From an uncultured Prevotella sp. (lineage in GTDB: Bacteria; Bacteroidota; Bacteroidia; Bacteroidales; Bacteroidaceae): a DNA stretch of 64,000 bases. The notes below the pieces were generated by a model that had not been told where the DNA came from, ran no database searches, and was given only the letters and a program-made list of their open reading frames with translations. This document shows, piece by piece, positions 45,995 to 55,040 of the stretch; position 1 is the stretch's first letter, and each line of letters opens with the position of its first letter. The stretch spans positions 27,289 to 91,288 of the forward strand of contig ONAR01000028.1 of NCBI GenBank assembly GCA_900315835.1, in the 5' to 3' direction. The position numbers and the translations under genes were made by a program.

Positions 45995-47810
45995 GCTGGA
46001 TGGGTGGATTGTCGTAGAACAGATAGAGCACACCGGCAGCCAAGGGGATGCAGATGAGGTTGTAGATGAACGCCCAGAAGAGGTTCTCCCAAATCATCTT
46101 CACCGTCTTGCGGCTGAGCCTTACGCTGTCGGGCAGCGCCATCATATCGTCGGAGATGAGCGTCACCTGCGCCACATCCATCGCCACGTCGGTGCCCGTA
46201 CCGATGGCGATACTCACGTCGGCCAGAGCCAACGCCTGCGTATCGTTGATGCCATCGCCAATCATGGCTACGGTCTTGCCCTCCTCTTTCAGCTTTCTCA
46301 CTAAGTTTTCCTTATCAGCGGGCACGCATTTAGCCTTATAATGCTTGATGCCCGCTTTGTCGGCCCAGTATTTGGCGGCCTCTTCCTTGTCGCCGCTCAT
46401 CATCCACACATCGATGCCATCTTTCTGCAGTTGCGCCATAGCCTCGGGCACATGTGGCTTCAGCCGTTCGCGATCCTCTAACGGCAGGTCATCGGCCTTG
46501 GTGAAGTCGACCTGCTGATTTGGGATGGTCAGCGTTCCGGTTTTATCGGTCACGAGGACATTCACCTTACGCAACAGCTCCAGCGCCGTAGCATCCTTGA
46601 TGAGCACATGACGGTCGGCCGCCTTGCCCACGCCCACCATCAGGGCTGTCGGCGTGGCCAGACCCATAGCGCAGGGGCAAGCGATGACCAATACGGTGAC
46701 GGCCGAGATGATGGCCTTCGGCAATACGGCCATACCGCCGACAGCCAACCAGACGAGGAAGGTGATAAGCGCGATGGCGCCCACTACGGGTACAAACACC
46801 AGCGCGGCTTTGTCGACGATGCGCTGCACCGGCGCCTTGCTGCCTTCAGCCTCCTGTACCACCTTGATGATATGCGCCAGCGCCGTGTTCTCGCCCACCT
46901 GGCGGGCACGCATGCGGAACTTACCTTGACTTGGGATGGTACCGGCCAGCACCTTCGATCCTTTCATCTTCTCGGCGGGTGTCGGCTCACCGGTAATCAT
47001 GCTCTCATCGACATAGGCGGCATCGGGCGTCATGAAGCTCTCAGCCGAGATCACCTCGCCGTCGACCGGCACCTTCTCACCGGGGCGCACCTCGAGCAGG
47101 TCGCCCACGTCGATCGTAGAGATAGGCACCTCGCGCACCTCACCGTCCTCGACGATGTGGGCCGTTTTCGGAGCGAGACCCATGAGCTGCTTGATGCTCG
47201 TGGCGGTGCCGTCCTTGGCTTTCTCCTCTAACAGACGACCGGTCAACACAAAGGTGATGATCATGCCGCAAGAGTCGAAATAAGTGAGCGACGCATCGCC
47301 CCAGAACGTGTTGTAGGCACTGAAAATGAAGGCGATAGCCGTGGAGAGCGCCACCAGGGTATCCATGTTGGCGGCACCGTGACGTATTTGTTTAAACGCC
47401 GATACATAGAACTGGCGGCCACAGAAATACATATTGGCCAAGGCGATGAGCAGCGCCACCTGATTGACCACCGTCGTGTCCCCGATGGGCAGCCACCGCA
47501 TGTTGATGCACATGCCGACCACCGACAACACCCACGACAGCACCGTGCGGCGAAGCAGAATGGTGTATTCGCGCTTCTGAATGGCCTCCACCGACCGGTC
47601 TTTCTCAATGACGAGATCGTAACCGATGCCATTGATTTCTTTCTTCATCGTCTCCAGACTGATCTTCGACGGGTCGTAGTCGACCAGTGCGGAGCGCCCG
47701 GCCAGACTGACTGAGGCCGACTGGATGCCGTCCAGCGAGTTCAACTTTCTCTCAACGTTGGCCGAGCACGACGCGCATGCCATGCCGACCACGGGTATTG
47801 TCTGTTTCAT
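45912..47810 (-). CDS. copA: copper-translocating P-type ATPase
   Basis: N-terminal HMA motif GMACASCS, CPC in IACPCAMGLATP, DKTGTLT phosphorylation site, and GDGINDT. Confidence 0.95.
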   Translation of the reverse strand: MKQTIPVVGMACASCSANVERKLNSLDGIQSASVSLAGRSALVDYDPSKISLETMKKEINGIGYDLVIEKDRSVEAIQKREYTILLRRTVLSWVLSVVGMCINMRWLPIGDTTVVNQVALLIALANMYFCGRQFYVSAFKQIRHGAANMDTLVALSTAIAFIFSAYNTFWGDASLTYFDSCGMIITFVLTGRLLEEKAKDGTATSIKQLMGLAPKTAHIVEDGEVREVPISTIDVGDLLEVRPGEKVPVDGEVISAESFMTPDAAYVDESMITGEPTPAEKMKGSKVLAGTIPSQGKFRMRARQVGENTALAHIIKVVQEAEGSKAPVQRIVDKAALVFVPVVGAIALITFLVWLAVGGMAVLPKAIISAVTVLVIACPCAMGLATPTALMVGVGKAADRHVLIKDATALELLRKVNVLVTDKTGTLTIPNQQVDFTKADDLPLEDRERLKPHVPEAMAQLQKDGIDVWMMSGDKEEAAKYWADKAGIKHYKAKCVPADKENLVRKLKEEGKTVAMIGDGINDTQALALADVSIAIGTGTDVAMDVAQVTLISDDMMALPDSVRLSRKTVKMIWENLFWAFIYNLICIPLAAGVLYLFYDNPPIQLTPMWGSALMAFSSLSVVLNSLRLKWA

Positions 47811-47921
47811 ATTTTGTTATCCCTTATATATTTTTCTCCACTATGTCACATGCGGCTGGTGGCCGGCACAAGGCCGGCCACTACACTGGCACCTAAGCGA
47901 AACCGCCTCAGGGCCATCGTC

Positions 47922-48131
47922 CTACAGCACCATCTCGAAGTGTCCGCAGTTGTCTACGGCATCCTTCATGGCTTCGGGCTGCACCTTGGCCTCATCATAG
48001 TCGACGGTCACGTTGTGGTCGGCCAGGCTCACCTCAGCGGCATTGACCCCGTCAATGGCCTTCAAAGCGCCTTCCACCTTAGCCTTGCAATGTTCACATC
48101 TCATTCCGTTTACTGTAATCACCTTTTTCAT
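47922..48131 (-). CDS. copZ: heavy-metal-associated (CopZ-like) metallochaperone
   Basis: 69 aa. GMRCEHCKAKVE is an MxCxxC motif. It lies directly upstream of copA. Confidence 0.85.
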   Translation of the reverse strand: MKKVITVNGMRCEHCKAKVEGALKAIDGVNAAEVSLADHNVTVDYDEAKVQPEAMKDAVDNCGHFEMVL

Positions 48132-48171
48132 TGTCGTAAGTATTAATATTAATGTTGCTTGTTTACGGTTG

Positions 48172-48179
48172 CAAAGTTA
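48172..48179 (-). promoter_or_regulatory. -7 promoter box (TAACTTTG) for copZ-copA
   Basis: 41 nt upstream of the copZ ATG. Confidence 0.5.
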
Positions 48180-48330
48180 CGGCAAACGGCGCATTCCGCT
48201 GTTACGAAATCTTGGAAAAAAGTTATGGAATAACGGATGGCGCCACGGCCGCGACCATTCGGGGCGCCCTGCCATATATAAAAAGCTATAAAAAAGCGGG
48301 GCGGACTTTGCCACATTAGCGGAAAAACAT

Positions 48331-48338
48331 TAAATTTG
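48331..48338 (+). promoter_or_regulatory. -7 promoter box (TAAATTTG)
   Basis: 30 nt upstream of the ATG at 48368. Confidence 0.5.
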
Positions 48339-48367
48339 CATCAATAAGACTATTAAACCAGATCGCT

Positions 48368-49885
48368 ATGCTAACACAGGCAGACAAACAACAGATTGAA
48401 GGCCGCGGCATGACCGTAGCCCAAGTAGAGCACCAATTAGAACAGATCCGACAGGGTTTCCCCTTCCTCAAGCTCGAAGGCGCAGCAGCCGTAGGCAAAG
48501 GCATCCTCGCCGAGGGTGCCGACCAGCAACAGCAAGACGTTGAGGCATGGGAAGCCTACAAGCAGCAAGGGCATAAGGTGGTGAAGTTTGTTCCCGCATC
48601 GGGTGCCGCCAGCCGTATGTTCAAAAATATGTTTGGCTTTCTCAATGCCGACTACGACAAGCCGCAGACCGACTTTGAGAAGACGTTCTTCAGCGACATC
48701 AAGCACTTCGCCTTCTACGAAGCCCTCAACGCCAAATGCGTGGAAAACAACAAGAAGAGCATCGATGAGCTTGTAGCCGACGGCGAATACAAGGCTGTTG
48801 TAGCCAACCTGCTCAATGCTGATGGACTGAACTACGGTCAGCTGCCGAAGGGCCTGCTGCTCTTCCACCGCTACGACGACGGCATCCGCACCCCATTAGA
48901 GGAGCATCTGGTAGAAGGCGCGCTCTATGCCAGCTCCAACGGCGAGTCGCACATCCACTTCACCGTTTCCCACGACCATCTGGAGCTGTTCAAGCAGCGT
49001 GTGGCCGAGAAGAAAGCCAAGTATGAGCAGAAATTCGGCATTCATTACGACATTACGTTCTCTGAGCAGAAGCCCAGCACCGACACCATCGCCGCCAATC
49101 CCGACAACACGCCCTTCCGCAACGAGGACGGGTCGTTGCTCTTCCGTCCGGGTGGCCACGGCGCACTCATCGAGAACCTCAACGACATCGATGCCGACGT
49201 CATCTTCATCAAGAATATCGACAATGTGGTACCCGACCGCTTGAAGGGCGACACCGTACAATGGAAGAAGGTCATCGGCGGTGTGCTGGTAAAGGTGCAA
49301 CGCCAGGTGTTCGATTATCTCAAACTGTTGGATTCGGGCCAATATAACCACGCCAAACTGGAAGAGATCATCCGCTTCGTACAACACGTGCTTTGCTGCC
49401 GCAAGTCCGACATCAAGGAACTGGAGGATGCCGACCTCGTCATCTATCTGCGGAAGAAGCTCAACCGCCCCATTCGCGTCTGCGGTGTGGTGAAGAACGT
49501 GGGCGAGCCCGGTGGCGGCCCGTTCCTCGCTTATAATCAGGATGGTACGGTCAGTCCTCAAATATTGGAGAGCAGTCAGATTGACAAGAGCAACGAAGCT
49601 TATGTAAAGATGTTCACCGGCGGTACCCACTTCAACCCCGTCGACTTGGTTTGCGCTACGAAAGACTATCAGGGGCATCCCTTCCACCTGCCCGACTATG
49701 TTGACCACAACACCGGCTTCATCAGTAGCAAGAGCAAAAACGGCCGCCAGCTGAAAGCGCTCGAGTTGCCCGGACTATGGAATGGTGCCATGAGCGACTG
49801 GAACACGGTCTTCGTAGAAGTGCCGCTGTCGACCTTCAACCCCGTGAAGACGGTCAACGACCTGCTGCGTGAGACACACCAGTAA
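48368..49885 (+). CDS. DUF4301 family protein (function unknown)
   Basis: 505 aa. The N-terminus MLTQADKQQIEGRGMTVAQVEHQLEQIRQGFPFLKL and the overall size match my recollection of the Bacteroidota DUF4301 family. PASGAASRMFK suggests a nucleotidyltransferase-like fold (inference). Confidence 0.7.
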   Translation: MLTQADKQQIEGRGMTVAQVEHQLEQIRQGFPFLKLEGAAAVGKGILAEGADQQQQDVEAWEAYKQQGHKVVKFVPASGAASRMFKNMFGFLNADYDKPQTDFEKTFFSDIKHFAFYEALNAKCVENNKKSIDELVADGEYKAVVANLLNADGLNYGQLPKGLLLFHRYDDGIRTPLEEHLVEGALYASSNGESHIHFTVSHDHLELFKQRVAEKKAKYEQKFGIHYDITFSEQKPSTDTIAANPDNTPFRNEDGSLLFRPGGHGALIENLNDIDADVIFIKNIDNVVPDRLKGDTVQWKKVIGGVLVKVQRQVFDYLKLLDSGQYNHAKLEEIIRFVQHVLCCRKSDIKELEDADLVIYLRKKLNRPIRVCGVVKNVGEPGGGPFLAYNQDGTVSPQILESSQIDKSNEAYVKMFTGGTHFNPVDLVCATKDYQGHPFHLPDYVDHNTGFISSKSKNGRQLKALELPGLWNGAMSDWNTVFVEVPLSTFNPVKTVNDLLRETHQ

Positions 49886-49956
49886 ACGCCGCGACGATGG
49901 AAGTTAACACACCATCGCATACGAAATAAAATAAAGGGCATTATCCTACAACCCTT

Positions 49957-50262
49957 TTACTTTAGCTTATCATACGTCTCATCCGACACGGGCTCGAGCC
50001 ACTCGTTGGAGGCTCCCTCCTGCACATCTTTCATGTAGGTGAGGTGCTGGAACCATGAGTCCTTGGCGGCGCCATGCCAGTGCTTCACGCCTTCGGGAAT
50101 GGCAATGACGCTGCCGGGCGTCATCTCGACGGCTTCCTTACCCCACTCCTGATACCAGCCGCGGCCGGCGACGCAGATGAGCACCTGCACGCCTTTGTGG
50201 TGGATGTGCCAGTTGTTGCGGCAACGGGGCTCAAAGGTGACGTTGTGAACACCGCCACCCAT
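49957..50262 (-). CDS. cupin domain protein, apparently 5'-truncated
   Basis: NVTFEPRCRNNWHIHHKGVQVLICVAGRGWYQEW...HWHGAA is a cupin core. The family-like sequence HELETQYIVGNSYLAD continues upstream of the only ATG (open to 50316) with no start codon. The N-terminal approx 20 aa expected for the family are missing. Confidence 0.65.
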   Translation of the reverse strand: MGGGVHNVTFEPRCRNNWHIHHKGVQVLICVAGRGWYQEWGKEAVEMTPGSVIAIPEGVKHWHGAAKDSWFQHLTYMKDVQEGASNEWLEPVSDETYDKLK

Positions 50263-50336
50263 ATCGGCCAGATAGCTGTTGCCGACTATATATTGTGTTT
50301 CAAGTTCATGCGAGCGTCAATCAACCCTGGAAGGGG

Positions 50337-50734
50337 TTTTGTCAAATTAATTGGTGATTTTTTAACATGGAGACGGCGTTATTTGCGAACAAGTCGTCCG
50401 TCGGTCAGCATACGGCCGCTACGCGAGAGTTTTAGCAAGTCGCTATAAATCAACAGCTTACATTGTTTAAGGTCTAAATCTCGGTTGAATCAGGCCACTA
50501 AGAGGCCGTCATCAGATACTTATCGTGGTGCGATAGCATACCTATCGCGGTGCGAGAGCATAGCTATCGCGATGCGATACCATAGTTATCGCGGTGCGAA
50601 AGCATAGTTATCGCGATGCGGCAAGGCAAAAACGCCGGTTTCCGCGCTGTTTTTTCGTTGTTTCATCCATAATTGGGCGTCGTTTCATCGCTGGAACAAC
50701 GCAAAACCCGAACACGATTTTGTCCGCTATTTTC
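50337..50734 (-). repeat. structured non-coding repeat element, copy E2 (inverted relative to E1)
   Basis: The reverse complement aligns with 20700-21130, with roughly 70-80% identity in the arms by eye. It contains the 22-bp array at 50509-50618. Confidence 0.85.
50509..50618 (-). repeat. tandem array of five 22-bp units (four well conserved)
   Basis: cgatagcatacctatcgcggtg (50531), cgagagcatagctatcgcgatg (50553), cgataccatagttatcgcggtg (50575) and cgaaagcatagttatcgcgatg (50597), plus one degenerate unit at 50509. These are the reverse complement of the E1 unit. Confidence 0.9.
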
Positions 50735-50780
50735 TTAGTTTTTAACATTTGGAATAACGGGCACAGACGAACCAAACAAA

Positions 50781-50814
50781 TTGCAATGGCCGAGCCCGGA
50801 GCCCGCCATTGCAA
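50781..50814 (-). terminator. terminator of the wecB-AraC operon
   Basis: 10-bp stem ttgcaatggc / gccattgcaa, followed on the minus strand by tttgtttgg. Confidence 0.65.
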
Positions 50815-50853
50815 CATCAAAAGCCCTTAAACCAAATGGCTCAAGAACACAAA

Positions 50854-51423
50854 CTAAATCTCATCCAACTTGCGCCGCTGTTGGCCGTGGAGGCGCTTGA
50901 ACTGCGACGGTGTCATACCGGTGACACTCTTGAACTGGCTCGAGAGATAGGCTACGCTGGAGTAGTTCATCTCCAAAGCAATCTGCGACAGCGTCAGCTC
51001 GTCGTAGGTCAGCAGCTCCTTCACCCGTTCGATGCGCTGTTCGATGTAATAGCGCTCGATGGTCTTTGAGGCATATTCGGAGAAAAGCTTCGACAGGCTG
51101 GAATAATCCTGATGCAGCTCCTGCCGGAGATATTCGGAGAGGTTGACCTGCGCGTTGCCCTGCTGATAGTGGACCAGACGGATGACGGCGGCCTTGATCT
51201 GCGCGATGGTCTGTTGCCGACGGTCGTCAAGCAATTCGAAACCGAGCTGCTGCAACCGTTGTTGGAGGGCGGTGCGCTGACCGGCGGTCAGTTCACCCTC
51301 AACCACAGCCTTGCCCAGCTCCACGCTGACCGGCCGGAGCGACTGCTGGCGCAAAGCGTCGTCAACAGCCATCACACACCGGTCACAAACCATGTTCTTA
51401 ATAAATAAGGCGGTCTCCTTCAT
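50854..51423 (-). CDS. AraC-family transcriptional regulator with N-terminal HMA-like CxxC domain
   Basis: N-terminal FIKNMVCDRCVMAV. C-terminal AraC HTH (LTLSQIALEMNYSSVAYLSSQFKSVTGMTPSQFK). Confidence 0.8.
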   Translation of the reverse strand: MKETALFIKNMVCDRCVMAVDDALRQQSLRPVSVELGKAVVEGELTAGQRTALQQRLQQLGFELLDDRRQQTIAQIKAAVIRLVHYQQGNAQVNLSEYLRQELHQDYSSLSKLFSEYASKTIERYYIEQRIERVKELLTYDELTLSQIALEMNYSSVAYLSSQFKSVTGMTPSQFKRLHGQQRRKLDEI

Positions 51424-52526
51424 GATTCCAAGATCTTCACGATACGCTCACCCGTACGGCCATCCCACTGCTCGGGCAGACCGCAGGACTTCCACCGGCC
51501 GGCCACCATATCGCCGACCGCTTCGGCCAGCCGTGAGGGCTCCTCGCCAACGAGCACGTTGGACCCCACCTTCACCGTCTCATAGTGCTCGGTGTAGCTG
51601 TTCAGCGTGATGCAAGGCACCAGGTTGAACGTGGCTTCCTCAGCCACATTGCCCGAGTCGGTGATGACGCCCTTGGCGTAAGCGGTGAGATAAGAGAACT
51701 CAAGATAGGGCAAGGAATCAATCACATAGATGTGAGCGGAAGCATTGGCCATAACGCATTGGCTTACAGCCTCAGCCGCTTTGCCGCGCAATGGCGCTAT
51801 CACCGGCACGTCGCCCTGACGGTCGGCAATGGCGAGCAGCAATTCCTGCAGGTGGTCAATGTCATGAATGAGCGCTTTACGGTTGAGCGTAAACACGATA
51901 TAACCGTTGTCCTCCAATGGCGGCAGTCCGGTCTTCGCATCGCCGTCGAAGATGGTCGGGCGCACGAGGCGGTCTCGGTTGAAGCGCAGGTTGTCCATCA
52001 GCACATTGCCCACCATATAGACCTTTGACAGTTCGGCGCCCTCGCGGTTGGCGATGGAGTTGTTGCTCACGCCGGCCGTGAACAAGATATCCGACAAGCC
52101 GTCGATGACCAGCCGGTTGACTTCCTTGGGCATGTTGATGTCGAACGACCGCGTACCGGCGGCGATGTGGGCCAGCCGCAGTCCCTGCTTCTTCGCCACA
52201 ATGGCCACAGCCATCGTCGAGGCGAGGTCGTCAACCACCACGACGGTATCAACCGGGTGATGCTGAAGCCAGAGCTCGAAACGCTGCATCACCAGTCCGG
52301 TAATCTCGTTGAGGTTCTCACAGGTGACGTCGAGGCAGTAATCGGGCGATTCGATCTGCAGATCACTGAACAGCGACGGTTCGATGGTCGGGTCGCCGTC
52401 AGCCCCCGTATAAAGCAAACGGTAATTGATGTCCACGCCATGGCGCTGCTCGGCCTTAATGGCGCGGATAACGGGCGCCACCTTCATGAAGTTGGGGCGG
52501 GCGCCACAAACAATACAAATATTCAT
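51420..52526 (-). CDS. wecB: UDP-N-acetylglucosamine 2-epimerase (non-hydrolysing)
   Basis: MNICIVCGARPNFMKVAPV..., 368 aa, GT-B-like epimerase pattern. Confidence 0.85.
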   Translation of the reverse strand: MNICIVCGARPNFMKVAPVIRAIKAEQRHGVDINYRLLYTGADGDPTIEPSLFSDLQIESPDYCLDVTCENLNEITGLVMQRFELWLQHHPVDTVVVVDDLASTMAVAIVAKKQGLRLAHIAAGTRSFDINMPKEVNRLVIDGLSDILFTAGVSNNSIANREGAELSKVYMVGNVLMDNLRFNRDRLVRPTIFDGDAKTGLPPLEDNGYIVFTLNRKALIHDIDHLQELLLAIADRQGDVPVIAPLRGKAAEAVSQCVMANASAHIYVIDSLPYLEFSYLTAYAKGVITDSGNVAEEATFNLVPCITLNSYTEHYETVKVGSNVLVGEEPSRLAEAVGDMVAGRWKSCGLPEQWDGRTGERIVKILES

Positions 52527-52550
52527 GGATGAATCGATTTATACGACAAA

Positions 52551-52589
52551 CTCCCCGCCAGCCCCAACGCGATGTCAGGGGCCGGGGAG
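52551..52589 (-). terminator. terminator of the nfeD-SPFH operon
   Basis: Long GC-rich hairpin (ctccccgcc agcccc ... ggggc cggggag) followed on the minus strand by tttgtcgt. Confidence 0.6.
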
Positions 52590-52596
52590 CGCTGTT

Positions 52597-53541
52597 TTAC
52601 TTGAACAATTCCTTGATGCCGCCTAAGCTGCCCATGAGATTGGTAGCCTCGTAAGGCAGGAAGACCGTCTTATTCTGGTCGCCGCTGGCCAACTGCTGAA
52701 GCATTGCGATGTAGTTTTTGGCCAAGAGATAGTTGGCCGGATTGGTCGACTGACCCACGGCCTGGGTAATCTTCTCGATGGCGGCAGCCTCGGCCTCAGC
52801 CTTGCGGATGCGGGCCGTAGCCTCACCTTCAGCGCGCAGGATGGACTGCTGCTTGTCGGCCTCGGCGCGGTTGATGGTAGCCGTCTTCTCACCTTCCGAC
52901 TTCAGAATCTGGGCCTGCTTCTCACCCTCAGAGGTGAGGATAGTGGCACGCTTGTCGCGCTCAGCCTGCATCTGCTTCTCCATGGCCATCAGCACGCTCT
53001 GCGGCGGCGTAATGTCCTGCAGCTCAACACGGTTGACCTTGATGCCCCATTTGTTGGTGGCATCGTCGAGAACGCCGCGCAGCTTTGTGTTGATGATGTC
53101 GCGCGAGGTGAGCGTCTGGTCGAGTTCCATCTCACCGATGATGTTACGCAGTGTGGTCTGCGTGAGCTTCTCGATAGCGTTGGGCAGGTTGTTGATTTCG
53201 TAAACAGCCTTGAAAGGATCGACAATCTGGAAATAGAGCAGTGCGTTGATCTGCATCTGGATGTTGTCTTTCGTAATCACATTCTGCTTGTCGAAGTCGT
53301 ACACCTGCTCACGCAAGTCGATGTGGTTGCTGTAAATATAGCGGCCACGCTGCATGGTGACAATCACCTTCGCCCTGTCGATAAAGGGGATGATGATGTT
53401 GATGCCGGGCTTGAGGGTGGCGTAATACTTACCGAGCCGCTCAATGATGCGGGTCTCACTTTGGGGAATAATCACGATGGCCATCTTGGCAAACAGGATT
53501 GCCAGAATGACGAGGCCTACTAAAACATAAAGTCCTACCAT
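52597..53541 (-). CDS. SPFH/band-7 (stomatin-like) protein
   Basis: N-terminal TM segment, SPFH core (IIPQSETRIIERLGKY...), and a C-terminal Ala/Glu-rich coiled coil. Confidence 0.9.
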   Translation of the reverse strand: MVGLYVLVGLVILAILFAKMAIVIIPQSETRIIERLGKYYATLKPGINIIIPFIDRAKVIVTMQRGRYIYSNHIDLREQVYDFDKQNVITKDNIQMQINALLYFQIVDPFKAVYEINNLPNAIEKLTQTTLRNIIGEMELDQTLTSRDIINTKLRGVLDDATNKWGIKVNRVELQDITPPQSVLMAMEKQMQAERDKRATILTSEGEKQAQILKSEGEKTATINRAEADKQQSILRAEGEATARIRKAEAEAAAIEKITQAVGQSTNPANYLLAKNYIAMLQQLASGDQNKTVFLPYEATNLMGSLGGIKELFK

Positions 53542-53583
53542 AGTAATAAGATTTAAATAATTGGATACTGATTAAAGGATAAT

Positions 53584-54051
53584 TCAAATTTGTTCCACGG
53601 TCACGATGATGCTCTCGCGGCCTACGATGCGCACGCGCTCGCCCTTGGCGATGCTGCCGCCATCCTTGGCTACGGCGCGCCACTCGTCGCCGTCGACTTT
53701 TACATAGCCGTCGCGGTCGGGGCGGATGGCCTCGATGACGACACCCTCACGACCGAGAAGGGCGTCGGCATTGCTCGGACGGTCGGCCTTGTTGGGATGC
53801 AGATACCTCAGCGCAAAGGGGCGAACGCAATACACGCTCAGCACCGAGCCTACAGCGAACACCAGCACCTGCACCCAGAAAGGTACGGGGAACAGGGAAA
53901 CCACGATGGAACACGCGGCGCCAAGCGCAAAACACATGAGGTAGAAAGTACCTGACGACACCTCTAAGATGAGGGCCAGGACACAGATGAGTGTCCAGAT
54001 GAGCCACAAATTGGATGTGAGATAGTCGATGAGATAGTAATAAGTCAACAT
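53584..54051 (-). CDS. NfeD family membrane protein
   Basis: Three TM segments plus a C-terminal OB-fold segment (GYVKVDGDEWRAVA...GERVRIVG). Classic partner gene upstream of SPFH. Confidence 0.85.
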   Translation of the reverse strand: MLTYYYLIDYLTSNLWLIWTLICVLALILEVSSGTFYLMCFALGAACSIVVSLFPVPFWVQVLVFAVGSVLSVYCVRPFALRYLHPNKADRPSNADALLGREGVVIEAIRPDRDGYVKVDGDEWRAVAKDGGSIAKGERVRIVGRESIIVTVEQI

Positions 54052-54077
54052 AGCTTTACTGCTTTTGGGTTACGATG

Positions 54078-54085
54078 CAAAGTTA
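54078..54085 (-). promoter_or_regulatory. -7 promoter box (TAACTTTG) for nfeD-SPFH
   Basis: 27 nt upstream of the nfeD ATG. Confidence 0.5.
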
Positions 54086-54118
54086 GGACTTATCCTTTAT
54101 AATTATCCTTTAATATCA

Positions 54119-54150
54119 TTCCACAGCGTTCCAAATGGAACAAAGTGGAA
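54119..54150. promoter_or_regulatory. nested 32-bp inverted repeat (putative operator)
   Basis: TTCCAC-agc-GTTCCA-aa-TGGAAC-aaa-GTGGAA lies in the divergent promoter region between nfeD and the gene at 54213. Confidence 0.45.
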
Positions 54151-54192
54151 CAAAATGAGCGGTATTGAGGCGGCATTTTAATGGAAAAACAG

Positions 54193-54200
54193 TAACTTTG
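54193..54200 (+). promoter_or_regulatory. -7 promoter box (TAACTTTG)
   Basis: 12 nt upstream of the ATG at 54213, implying a very short leader. Confidence 0.45.
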
Positions 54201-54212
54201 CCATAAAATCAA

Positions 54213-54908
54213 ATGAAAATGAGAACGCTCCTCAACTTAATGCTCACTGCCCAACCGGTAGCCTTTTACCGCAAGGATGCCTTCTGGGTGATGGCTGTCA
54301 GTCTGTTCATCATGCTCTTCCTCATTGTGGTCTTCATCATTTTGAGGAGGAAGTTCGACCGCGAGATTGTCTATCAGCGTAAGATAGCGCGGTCGTATGA
54401 GCGAGAACTGATGCAGCAACGCAAGGAAAACCAAATGAAGGAGGACGAACTGCACCGGCAGGAGCAACGGCTCGCCCACACGCAGAGCGAACTGGAGCGG
54501 GTCTCGATAGAGATTGAGAACTACAAGAGCATACTCAAGGAGAAGGAGCAGATGCTGGAGGATATCATCAACCAGAACAAGAGTTTCATGCGTCTGCTCC
54601 ACCAAACGAAGCTGGAAGGCAGTGCCCAAGACGTCGTCGACGCCGTGAGACGGTCGTCTGAGGGGCACCACGAGATGAGCGACGAGGAATGGAAACAACT
54701 GCTGCTGGCCGTGGATAAGCTCTACCCCGACTTCACCGACCTGCTCATCCGTAAGCTCGGACGCGTCGACCGTCAGGAGTTGCGCGTGTGTTATCTGATT
54801 CGCATCGGCCTCAGCAATCCGCAGATTCAGAACATCACCAACCTGCCGCGCACCACGGTTTGGCGTTGGACGAAGAAATACGAATGGATTGCCGAGCTCG
54901 ACAAATAA
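54213..54908 (+). CDS. membrane-anchored coiled-coil protein with C-terminal HTH
   Basis: One TM segment (FWVMAVSLFIMLFLIVVFIIL), a long coiled coil, and C-terminal RQELRVCYLIRIGLSNPQIQNITNLPRTTVWRWTKK (LuxR/HTH-like). Confidence 0.7.
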   Translation: MKMRTLLNLMLTAQPVAFYRKDAFWVMAVSLFIMLFLIVVFIILRRKFDREIVYQRKIARSYERELMQQRKENQMKEDELHRQEQRLAHTQSELERVSIEIENYKSILKEKEQMLEDIINQNKSFMRLLHQTKLEGSAQDVVDAVRRSSEGHHEMSDEEWKQLLLAVDKLYPDFTDLLIRKLGRVDRQELRVCYLIRIGLSNPQIQNITNLPRTTVWRWTKKYEWIAELDK

Positions 54909-55040
54909 GCCTCACCCCTTCCCTCTCCAAAAGAAAGCACAAAATAATACCGCAAGAAACCGATTTAGCTTCTTGCGGTAACATTGGGTAGCGGCTACGC
55001 CATACGTCCTTTGAGAGCGCTGGCGAAGGGCAGTTATGGA

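Noticed and set aside
47857-47880. GC hairpin gtggccggcacaaggccggccac between copZ and copA as an internal terminator
   Set aside because: No U-run follows it on the transcribed (minus) strand. It is more likely an mRNA-stability or processing hairpin, and I cannot support either role from sequence alone.
21131-50336. The 29-kb segment between the inverted elements as a composite transposon or genomic island
   Set aside because: The content is core metabolism and essential genes (ffh, folD, ilv, aromatic operon). There is no transposase, integrase or tRNA target, and no compositional break that I can see. The element arms are only about 70-80% identical, so recent mobilisation or frequent homologous inversion is unlikely.
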